A stretch of 64,000 nt of DNA from an uncultured Armatimonadetes bacterium (lineage in GTDB: Bacteria > Armatimonadota > UBA5829 > DTJY01). This document shows, piece after piece, positions 19,308 to 27,635 of the stretch. Every line of letters starts with the position of its first letter. The stretch's first letter is position 1. The stretch covers positions 4,704,001 to 4,768,000 of the forward strand of contig OY970325.1 of NCBI GenBank assembly GCA_963717145.1. Direction: 5' to 3'. The notes below the pieces were generated by a model. That model was given only the letters and a program-made list of their open reading frames with translations, had not been told where the DNA came from and made no database searches. The position numbers were made by a program, and so were the translations under genes.

Positions 19308-21224
19308 TCAATCCCTCCGCTGTCTCAAGAACCAAGATCTTAGTCCCCGTCCGGTCTGCCTTGTATCCTCGGCTAGGCTTGCGGACAGCCGCAGCAACAT
19401 TGCCACGGTCTGCGTATGCATCTCGGCCATCTTCTCGACCTCCTGAATGGAAAGACCCTTGGTGGCGACCAGATAGGCCGAGTTATAGACTTCCTTCATG
19501 CATTGCAGACCGACCTCATCGCTCTCTTCCAAGACTGACAATAGCCGTATCACTTCGTTTCCGGAATTGAGATACAGCGTCCAGCCGGACCCCTTCTGCC
19601 CCATCCGTCCGCTGAGTGCAGCCTCGAACAACTCTCGGAGCAGATCGGGGATGTCGGGATCGTCACCGAGTTCCTCTAATAACCGGCCAGCCGCAGGCCT
19701 ATCGCTACGCACCAGCAGGGATGGGATAGAGACCGGTTTGAAGCTCACTGCTTTGGCCACTATGTCCATGTCGGCATAACGCCCGATCAAGGCCTCCAGG
19801 GTGCCCGGGGGGACTGAGTCAAAGAGAGCATCCGCAGCCTCATCGATCATCTTTGCCCGCAGTCCGCGCTCTCCTTCGGCATACTTCTCGATGAACGCCC
19901 GATCGATCTTCTCCTCAGCGTCAATCACAGGAACCCCATTCGCCGCAAAGAGGAGCTGATGCTGTCGGCTTTCGACCCCGCCGGAATGGAAGTAGATCGT
20001 CTTCTCACCCCTCGGGACGCGTCTTGAAGCTCGTTCGAGATAGACAGGAATAGTGGTCTTTCCGGAGTCGGAGTCGAACTGCACATGGTTCTTCACCATG
20101 CCAAAGAAATGATCATCCTCCAACGCACCCATTTTCACGGCAAGCTCATGTGCCCTGAGAATCGCATTGAATCGCGATGGCTCAGATATGGCCAGTTCGG
20201 TGATGAAACCGGCAAGTCGCTCTCCGATCAGCGCTTGGGCTCTCTGGAATCTCGTGTTGCGGACCACGCTCTCACGGCTGGTCGTAACGTCCAGTTCGGA
20301 TGTTTCGATCACGCCTCCTACGAATCTGGCCCAATCCGGCAGCAGTTCGCGCTCTTTTCCTATATACATCCTGGAGACGTAGAGTTCCAAAGCCGGGGGT
20401 TCCCCGGTTCCAGATTGCGGGATGAAGAGAGCGCCGCCTATATCGAAGCCATCCGCTCTCCTATCCAGAGGAATGACCTCCATCGGCGGCTGGTGGAAAC
20501 GATTGGCAATGTAGTCGGCGCACTCCATGGTCGATCCCCTGCTGTACCATGGAGCTGTCTGAGCGTTCACGGGCAAAGGCTTGTCACCGATGTAGATCGG
20601 GAATTCGATGAAGTCGGCATAACGCCGTACCAACTCGATGACGTGATCCGGGCTCGTGAATCCGTCGGTTGTGCTCTTCACATCAAGGATGATTGTGCTG
20701 CCGATCGGAAGGCCTGGGGTCTTCTGCAGAGTGTATTCTGCGCCGCCATCACATCTCCATGTGAAACCTGTGCTATCACCTCTGAAAGATCGTGTGCGGA
20801 TCTCGACAGACTCTGCTATCACGAAGGCGGAGAGTAGGCCCATGCCGAAGCGCCCAATCAGCCGCCGTGCCTCCTCCCGATTCTCCTGTTCCAACACCTT
20901 ACGGAACTCAGCCGTTCCACTTCTGCCTACAGTCGACAAGTAGTCCATGATCTCGGCCTCGGTCATACCTGCGCCGTTATCTCGGATCACGAGAAGATCA
21001 TTGCCCGTATCACACTCGATGCCTATGCGCAAGTCCTGTGGACAACTCGGATCAGTCAACTGCCGGTTGACAAGTGAATCGTTGGCATTCTGGATCAACT
21101 CACGGATGGCGACGGATCTGTCGGAATAGAGGTGTTGTCCGAGGGTCTTGATGATCCCGGGCAGGTAGATGCCTATCTGGCTGCGTTTGACACCTTCCTC
21201 AGACGATGGATCCAGTGAAGACAT
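19308..21224 (-). CDS. HtpG/Hsp90 paralog 1 (638 aa)
   Basis: ATG 21224 with AGGAGG; LYSD..VAIRELIQNANDS, DNGAGM, IGRFGMG and middle-domain TSRE motifs. Confidence 0.9.
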   Translation of the reverse strand: MSSLDPSSEEGVKRSQIGIYLPGIIKTLGQHLYSDRSVAIRELIQNANDSLVNRQLTDPSCPQDLRIGIECDTGNDLLVIRDNGAGMTEAEIMDYLSTVGRSGTAEFRKVLEQENREEARRLIGRFGMGLLSAFVIAESVEIRTRSFRGDSTGFTWRCDGGAEYTLQKTPGLPIGSTIILDVKSTTDGFTSPDHVIELVRRYADFIEFPIYIGDKPLPVNAQTAPWYSRGSTMECADYIANRFHQPPMEVIPLDRRADGFDIGGALFIPQSGTGEPPALELYVSRMYIGKERELLPDWARFVGGVIETSELDVTTSRESVVRNTRFQRAQALIGERLAGFITELAISEPSRFNAILRAHELAVKMGALEDDHFFGMVKNHVQFDSDSGKTTIPVYLERASRRVPRGEKTIYFHSGGVESRQHQLLFAANGVPVIDAEEKIDRAFIEKYAEGERGLRAKMIDEAADALFDSVPPGTLEALIGRYADMDIVAKAVSFKPVSIPSLLVRSDRPAAGRLLEELGDDPDIPDLLRELFEAALSGRMGQKGSGWTLYLNSGNEVIRLLSVLEESDEVGLQCMKEVYNSAYLVATKGLSIQEVEKMAEMHTQTVAMLLRLSASLAEDTRQTGRGLRSWFLRQRRD

Positions 21225-21363
21225 CGCTGTTCCTCCTGGTGAGTTAGTATGCTCAGTGCAACAGTTCAAGGCAGAGCGTAGGACACCTAGTGGTTGCGAT
21301 GGTCATTAGCTCTACTCTAACGATGACCGTAGTATGAAGATGCCACCGCCTACCCGTCGATAT

Positions 21364-21392
21364 AGTATACCACGGCATAACTGGTTGCGCAA
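21364..21392 (-). promoter_or_regulatory. Predicted sigma70 promoter of the Hsp90-SIR2 operon
   Basis: TTGCGC, 17 nt, TATACT, with an extended -10 TG. Confidence 0.65.
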
Positions 21393-21400
21393 GTCCCCGA

Positions 21401-22867
21401 GTAACAGTTCACGCTTGGGGATAACGAGTTTGATCAGGCAGGGAAGAGGACAGACTTGCCTGCGAGCAGTTGCCTGCATGATTCGAGCATGTCCAGACCC
21501 CTGACGTGCCATGTGCCAAACAGACTCATGAGCGTCATCTTTGTCTCGGAACCCTTCGCGCTTCGTGTGCCTCCGCATACCTTGCGGGCGATCACACACG
21601 GCCTCAGCGCTCGTTCTGCGCCATTGTTGTCCGACGGTACTTCCGGGTACTCTACGAACATGAACAACTCGTGCAAGCGATCTATGAATCTCTTTGCCAG
21701 CGTCTGCTGTGGAGCATCTGAGCCGACATACGGACCTGAGAGCGCCTCTACCTCTTCCTCGAAGAGTACTCGCTTCCACTTGCGAACCTCCGCCTTCTTG
21801 CTCCGGAACTCCTTTGCCCGATCGTAAACACCCTTCACCGCATCCGCCCATGCGATGACGCCCGTGTCGTCCGCGTTCCTCTCCTTCAGTTTGTGCAGAT
21901 CCCTGGCCAGATGTGCCCAGCATATCTGGCGGTCTGCAACTACCGGGTTGTATCCGGCATAGCAATCCGTTACCACTACCCCTTCGTAGTCGCCGCCTAT
22001 CGTTTCCTTCGGGATCTCTCCACTCCGACTCCGCCGGTAGATGAAGTATCGCACGTTCTTAGTGGAGAAGGTCCAGATGTATCCGTTCAGCCCATCCTCT
22101 CTCCAGCCCGTCTCGTCTGCGTTTATGTATGGGCTTCCACGTACAAGCGAGAGTAGCCGCTCTTTCTCTTTTTTGCCACAGTCTGCCACCGTGTGCAATA
22201 TCTCGCTTATCTCTCCCACAGAGAGCTGAAGACCATACAGAGCCTTCAGCAATCCCTGTATCGTCCGCTTTGTCATGCGACCTACCGTCGAAAGATACGA
22301 TATCAGGCTCATCAGGTTCACGCCTACCCGATGCTTGCCTACAACCTGGCCGGAAAGGTCAACCTTCGGCACATGACTCTTGCCACAGTATCCGCATCTT
22401 CTGGCGATGAACCTGTGCTCGACTACGTCCACAGGCACGATGGGGATGTCGATGACTTGGCGGAGTCTCTTTACCGTGCCCCCTGTGAGCGCTCGGCCGC
22501 AGTCCGGACACTTCGAGTGCGCGTGCTCGACTACACGGGTGGGTGTCTCCCGCCTGCGCACGAACGACTTCTTGCGCTTCTTTCGTTCAGCTGCCCGGCG
22601 CTCTTTGCGGTTCGGCTTCACCCAGTCAGGCACGGATGGGGAACTGCCATCACCGCCGGAAAGCCTGGCGCGAAGGTCTTCGTTCTCCTTCTCCAGGTCG
22701 CCGATACGCGCCACGAGTTGGGGAACTAGACCTTCCAACTGGCTGACCCTGGCCTCAAGCTCCTCGTATGTCGGCTTGGATTGCTCGCTCACACTCCTTG
22801 GTTCGAGACGCTCCCAGCAGGTTCCTTCTTCTTACAGACAAAATAATCCCTAAGCCTGAACTGTTAC
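21401..22867 (-). mobile_element. IS66-family element (single-ORF, ISBst12-like), copy 1 of a tandem dimer
   Basis: 1467 bp; terminal inverted repeats gtaacagttcacgcttgggg / gtaacagttcaggcttaggg; preceded by gtccccga (21393-21400). Confidence 0.9.
21434..22792 (-). CDS. IS66 transposase
   Basis: Coiled coil, zinc finger CPDC...CGYC, and ADETGW, CWAHL and NNGAERALR motifs. Confidence 0.92.
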   Translation of the reverse strand: MSEQSKPTYEELEARVSQLEGLVPQLVARIGDLEKENEDLRARLSGGDGSSPSVPDWVKPNRKERRAAERKKRKKSFVRRRETPTRVVEHAHSKCPDCGRALTGGTVKRLRQVIDIPIVPVDVVEHRFIARRCGYCGKSHVPKVDLSGQVVGKHRVGVNLMSLISYLSTVGRMTKRTIQGLLKALYGLQLSVGEISEILHTVADCGKKEKERLLSLVRGSPYINADETGWREDGLNGYIWTFSTKNVRYFIYRRSRSGEIPKETIGGDYEGVVVTDCYAGYNPVVADRQICWAHLARDLHKLKERNADDTGVIAWADAVKGVYDRAKEFRSKKAEVRKWKRVLFEEEVEALSGPYVGSDAPQQTLAKRFIDRLHELFMFVEYPEVPSDNNGAERALRPCVIARKVCGGTRSAKGSETKMTLMSLFGTWHVRGLDMLESCRQLLAGKSVLFPA

Positions 22868-22875
22868 CCCTGAAA

Positions 22876-24342
22876 GTAACAGTTCACGCTTGGGGATAAC
22901 GAGTTTGATCAGGCAGGGAAGAGGACAGACTTGCCTGCGAGCAGTTGCCTGCATGATTCGAGCATGTCCAGACCCCTGACGTGCCATGTGCCAAACAGAC
23001 TCATGAGCGTCATCTTTGTCTCGGAACCCTTCGCGCTTCGTGTGCCTCCGCATACCTTGCGGGCGATCACACACGGCCTCAGCGCTCGTTCTGCGCCATT
23101 GTTGTCCGACGGTACTTCCGGGTACTCTACGAACATGAACAACTCGTGCAAGCGATCTATGAATCTCTTTGCCAGCGTCTGCTGTGGAGCATCTGAGCCG
23201 ACATACGGACCTGAGAGCGCCTCTACCTCTTCCTCGAAGAGTACTCGCTTCCACTTGCGAACCTCCGCCTTCTTGCTCCGGAACTCCTTTGCCCGATCGT
23301 AAACACCCTTCACCGCATCCGCCCATGCGATGACGCCCGTGTCGTCCGCGTTCCTCTCCTTCAGTTTGTGCAGATCCCTGGCCAGATGTGCCCAGCATAT
23401 CTGGCGGTCTGCAACTACCGGGTTGTATCCGGCATAGCAATCCGTTACCACTACCCCTTCGTAGTCGCCGCCTATCGTTTCCTTCGGGATCTCTCCACTC
23501 CGACTCCGCCGGTAGATGAAGTATCGCACGTTCTTAGTGGAGAAGGTCCAGATGTATCCGTTCAGCCCATCCTCTCTCCAGCCCGTCTCGTCTGCGTTTA
23601 TGTATGGGCTTCCACGTACAAGCGAGAGTAGCCGCTCTTTCTCTTTTTTGCCACAGTCTGCCACCGTGTGCAATATCTCGCTTATCTCTCCCACAGAGAG
23701 CTGAAGACCATACAGAGCCTTCAGCAATCCCTGTATCGTCCGCTTTGTCATGCGACCTACCGTCGAAAGATACGATATCAGGCTCATCAGGTTCACGCCT
23801 ACCCGATGCTTGCCTACAACCTGGCCGGAAAGGTCAACCTTCGGCACATGACTCTTGCCACAGTATCCGCATCTTCTGGCGATGAACCTGTGCTCGACTA
23901 CGTCCACAGGCACGATGGGGATGTCGATGACTTGGCGGAGTCTCTTTACCGTGCCCCCTGTGAGCGCTCGGCCGCAGTCCGGACACTTCGAGTGCGCGTG
24001 CTCGACTACACGGGTGGGTGTCTCCCGCCTGCGCACGAACGACTTCTTGCGCTTCTTTCGTTCAGCTGCCCGGCGCTCTTTGCGGTTCGGCTTCACCCAG
24101 TCAGGCACGGATGGGGAACTGCCATCACCGCCGGAAAGCCTGGCGCGAAGGTCTTCGTTCTCCTTCTCCAGGTCGCCGATACGCGCCACGAGTTGGGGAA
24201 CTAGACCTTCCAACTGGCTGACCCTGGCCTCAAGCTCCTCGTATGTCGGCTTGGATTGCTCGCTCACACTCCTTGGTTCGAGACGCTCCCAGCAGGTTCC
24301 TTCTTCTTACAGACAAAATAATCCCTAAGCCTGAACTGTTAC
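22876..24342 (-). mobile_element. IS66-family element, copy 2 of the tandem dimer
   Basis: 1467 bp with the same protein; separated from copy 1 by 8 bp (ccctgaaa); followed by gtccccga (24343-24350). Confidence 0.9.
22909..24267 (-). CDS. IS66 transposase
   Basis: Translation identical to 21434..22792. Confidence 0.92.
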   Translation of the reverse strand: MSEQSKPTYEELEARVSQLEGLVPQLVARIGDLEKENEDLRARLSGGDGSSPSVPDWVKPNRKERRAAERKKRKKSFVRRRETPTRVVEHAHSKCPDCGRALTGGTVKRLRQVIDIPIVPVDVVEHRFIARRCGYCGKSHVPKVDLSGQVVGKHRVGVNLMSLISYLSTVGRMTKRTIQGLLKALYGLQLSVGEISEILHTVADCGKKEKERLLSLVRGSPYINADETGWREDGLNGYIWTFSTKNVRYFIYRRSRSGEIPKETIGGDYEGVVVTDCYAGYNPVVADRQICWAHLARDLHKLKERNADDTGVIAWADAVKGVYDRAKEFRSKKAEVRKWKRVLFEEEVEALSGPYVGSDAPQQTLAKRFIDRLHELFMFVEYPEVPSDNNGAERALRPCVIARKVCGGTRSAKGSETKMTLMSLFGTWHVRGLDMLESCRQLLAGKSVLFPA

Positions 24343-24347
24343 GTCCC

Positions 24348-25709
24348 CGAATTGCTTCACGAACGATGTTACCGAAACGGAAACGTTGCCTCAGATAAGA
24401 ATGTTACCGAAACTGAGGCATGGAGAAGATGACAACTGCATCCGTAAGAGAAGTCGTGAGGCGCAAACGCAAAGAATATGGCAAAGCCACCAAATCGGAG
24501 AAGAAGCTGGTATTGAGTGAAGTCCAGGGATTGACCGGTTACCACAGGAAGTCGCTGGTGAGGCTGTTCGCGAAAGGAGTTCCACCAGCGAGGAGTCCAG
24601 TGAGACGCGCAAGGAAGTCGAAATACGAGCCGATAGCCCACAAGCTGAAGACACTCTGGGCTGCGAGTTTCTACGCGTGCGGTAAGCGTCTGCAGCCGTT
24701 TCTGACTGAGTTTCTACCCATACTGGAGTCATTCGGGGAGATAACGGTTACACCAGAAGAAGAGAGGCTGCTTAACTCGATCAGCGCGTCGAGCATCGAC
24801 AGGTTGATGAAGAAGGAGCGGTCTGCCCTATCGCTAACAGGGAGGACCTTAACAAAGCCGGGGACACTGCTTCGGTCTCAGATCCCGGTGAGGACGTTTG
24901 CCGACTGGGATGAAGCTGAGCCTGGGTTCTTCGAGATGGACTTGGTGGGTCATTGCGGAGGTGACGGGAGCGGAGAGTTCCTGTATACTTTGACTATGAC
25001 TGATGTAGCGACCGGATGGGTAGCGCTTGATGGAATGAAAGGCCGAGGGGAGCACGGAACCGTGCTTGCGGTGCAGTCCGCGTCCAAGAGCGCACCGTTT
25101 GCAGTCAGAGGCATAGATACCGACAACGGCGGCGAGTTCATCAACCATCACATGAACAAGTACTGTCGAGCGCACAGGATCACGTTTACGCGCAGTCGGC
25201 CTTACAAGAAGAACGATCAATGTCATGTAGAGCAGAAGAACTGGAGCGTAGTCCGGCAGTTTATAGGTTACCGGCGATTCGAGACGGACGAGCAGCTTGC
25301 GGTACTAAAGGCGATATATCCGCTGATCGTGGCGTATCACAACTTCTGTCAGCCCATGATGCGTCTTAAAGAAAAGGAGCGGATTGGGAGTAAAGTGATC
25401 AAACGCTATGAGCCTGCGATGACGCCGTACCGCAAGCTGATAAGTGTTGAAGGATGGCTTGACGATGAAGCAAAGGATCGCCTCGATAAAGAACGTAGAG
25501 CGACGAACCCGGTGGAGCTACTAAGACGCATCCACAGGCTATCATCAAAGCTTGACAGGATGCCGAATAAAGACAGATCGAAAGCGAGCAAGGCGCGGCC
25601 CTGAGCGGCGATCAAGAGCCGATCTGACATACTTGAACACACTACTTGGTAACATTATCAATGACGCAACGAATGGCGTTTCGGTAACAAAGCTAAATGA
25701 GGCAACACG
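24348..25709 (+). mobile_element. 1362-bp IS with integrase-core (rve) DDE transposase, copy 1; family unassigned (ISNCY-like)
   Basis: Ends defined by identity with 54715..56076; 5-bp target duplication gtccc; imperfect ends cgaattgcttca / cgtgttgcctca; repeated subterminal tgttaccgaaac boxes. Confidence 0.9.
24420..25604 (+). CDS. Integrase-core DDE transposase
   Basis: N-terminal HTH-like TGYHRK; EMDLVGH, DTDNGGEF and HVEQKN motifs. Confidence 0.9.
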   Translation: MEKMTTASVREVVRRKRKEYGKATKSEKKLVLSEVQGLTGYHRKSLVRLFAKGVPPARSPVRRARKSKYEPIAHKLKTLWAASFYACGKRLQPFLTEFLPILESFGEITVTPEEERLLNSISASSIDRLMKKERSALSLTGRTLTKPGTLLRSQIPVRTFADWDEAEPGFFEMDLVGHCGGDGSGEFLYTLTMTDVATGWVALDGMKGRGEHGTVLAVQSASKSAPFAVRGIDTDNGGEFINHHMNKYCRAHRITFTRSRPYKKNDQCHVEQKNWSVVRQFIGYRRFETDEQLAVLKAIYPLIVAYHNFCQPMMRLKEKERIGSKVIKRYEPAMTPYRKLISVEGWLDDEAKDRLDKERRATNPVELLRRIHRLSSKLDRMPNKDRSKASKARP

Positions 25710-25875
25710 GTCCCGCCGACAACGTGCCATGCTGAGAGCCATGGTGGACGAGGGGTCGGCGCTGGGAGGAAGAAACTGGGGACAAGGGACTCGGGATAGG
25801 CACAATAACTCAGGAGCGACGACAACTGTGCAGGTGACGCAAGTCATGCCACTGCTTATCCTCCGTGCGCATCGT

Positions 25876-26090
25876 TCATACCGGCGGTTCGAGCTTGGGA
25901 GGCTCGAGGGCGGGGGCTTTCTTCGTTGTCTTGCCGGCGGTGACGAGTGCGTCCGCCAGGCCGTAGATGTAGGCCAGGAAGAAGACGACTCCCGTCACCA
26001 GTACCGCCGGGCTCGTGACGTAGACGAACATCCGGAGCGTATTGACATTCCTCGGGTACGGCGGCTGCAGGAAGGCCCAACTCAGCAGGG
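25876..26090 (-). pseudogene. Probable 3' remnant of a membrane protein gene, cut off by family-B repeats
   Basis: Hydrophobic ORF with host-like codon use whose only start codon comes from the repeat sequence. Confidence 0.35.
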
Positions 26091-26187
26091 CCAGATTCTT
26101 CACTTCGCTCAGAATGACAGACGGTCAGATTCTTCACTTCGCTCAGAATGGCAGACGGCCAGATTCTTCACTGCGTTCAGAATGACA
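26091..26187. repeat. Three direct 34-bp copies of the family-B arm
   Basis: cagattcttcact.cg.tcagaatg.ca repeated three times. Confidence 0.85.
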
Positions 26188-26319
26188 CCCGCTGCACTTG
26201 ATTGTGAACTCTTACAGTCTCCATTCTGCATTCCCCCTCCCCGATTCTGAGTTCGACTTGGATGGTTGCCTCTGTTATAATACCTGTAACAGCGCAGGGT
26301 GGGGTGACCCGAGAGAGGA

Positions 26320-26515
26320 ACCGTCAGTCCTGAGTGCGCCTCTGGGCGTGTATCGAAGGACGGCCTTGTGCCACGAGCCGTCCTTCGATACACGCCCAGA
26401 GGCGCACTGAGGACTGACGGTCGAGGTGGGAGTGAACACCAGGACTGACGGTCGAGGTTGGAGCGAATACTCAGGGCTGACGGTCGAGGCTGGAGTGAAC
26501 AGCCAGGGCTGTCGG
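26320..26515. repeat. Family-A palindrome variant followed by about 31-bp tandem half-arm repeats
   Basis: accgtcagtcctgagtgcgcctctgggcgtgtatcgaaggacggc with its inverted arm ending at 26421, then repeated agg.ctgacggtcgagg units. Confidence 0.85.
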
Positions 26516-26535
26516 TTCGGTGATCTGAAATCAGC

Positions 26536-27612
26536 ATGAAAACACTGGACAAGTACGTCCTCAAAGAGATGATCGCGCCGTTCATGATCAGCATGTTCGC
26601 ATTCGTCGTGCTGCTGATCGGGCGCGTCATTTTCGACAATATCGACCAGATGATCAAGCTGGGCGTTCCACTCGGCCTGGCCGCCAGACTGATCGCATTC
26701 CGCATCCCCTGGGTGATGGGGATGGTCCTCCCGCTCGCGGTCCTCTTTGCCACGTCGCTCTGCGTCAACCGGCTCGCGAGGGACAGCGAACTGACCGCGA
26801 TCCGAATGGCCGGGACGCCGCTCCGTCGCATATTCCTGTCTATCTTCGTCGTCGGATTCGCATGCAGTCTGCTCGCACTGTGGTTCGGCGAGAGGGTCAC
26901 CCCGTGGGCGAATCGGGAGTCCGAGCGGACCATTCGCACGATCTACGGCATGCAGGCCATTCCGATCATCCAGGAGCAGGTCTTCTTCGAGTCGGAAGGC
27001 TACTGGTTCTACGTCGGCAGAGTCGAGCGCCCGAGCCGTGAGAAGACGATCCTGCGCGACGTGATGATCTACGAGCCTTCACCCGCCGGCTTCCCGACCC
27101 TCATCACGGCGGCGGAGGCATCGAACGACAAGAACCTCTGGACGCTCAGAAAGGGCGTGTTGCACAAGCTGGACAAGGACGGCGTGATGCAGTACGAGAT
27201 GTCGTTCCCTTCGATGCAGCTCAATCTCAGGCGGATAGCGAGCGATCTTTGGGCGACGCAGCGGACATCCGAGGAGATGAGTCTCGGCGACCTGAAGCAG
27301 CAGATTTCCGCCTTCGGTGGCCTGGGCAGGGACGTGCGGGAGATGCAGGTGAACTACCACTTCAAGCTCTCGATCCCGCTCTCGTGCCTGGTGTTCGCGC
27401 TCTGTGCGGCCCCCCTGGGGCTCAGGTTCGCCCGGAGTGGGAGCTACTCGGGGATACTGCTCGGGATCATCGTCATGTTTCTCTACCAGAACAACATCTG
27501 GCTGGGCAAAGCGCTCGGCATGGGGGGAATGGCGCCGCCCTTCCTCGCCGGCTGGTCCCAGAATATCGTGTTCGGACTGATCGGCATCTACCTGATCTGG
27601 CGCGAAGAGTGA
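26536..27612 (+). CDS. LptF/LptG family LPS export permease
   Basis: MKTLDKYVLKE start, SELTAIRMAG motif, 3+3 TM arrangement, KLSIPLSC. Confidence 0.9.
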   Translation: MKTLDKYVLKEMIAPFMISMFAFVVLLIGRVIFDNIDQMIKLGVPLGLAARLIAFRIPWVMGMVLPLAVLFATSLCVNRLARDSELTAIRMAGTPLRRIFLSIFVVGFACSLLALWFGERVTPWANRESERTIRTIYGMQAIPIIQEQVFFESEGYWFYVGRVERPSREKTILRDVMIYEPSPAGFPTLITAAEASNDKNLWTLRKGVLHKLDKDGVMQYEMSFPSMQLNLRRIASDLWATQRTSEEMSLGDLKQQISAFGGLGRDVREMQVNYHFKLSIPLSCLVFALCAAPLGLRFARSGSYSGILLGIIVMFLYQNNIWLGKALGMGGMAPPFLAGWSQNIVFGLIGIYLIWREE

Positions 27613-27635
27613 GATCAGCATTGATACACGGTCGC

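Noticed and set aside
26400-26515. Possible mini-CRISPR (about 31-bp periodicity)
   Set aside because: The intervening parts are short and similar to each other, and the units derive from the family-A palindrome arm.
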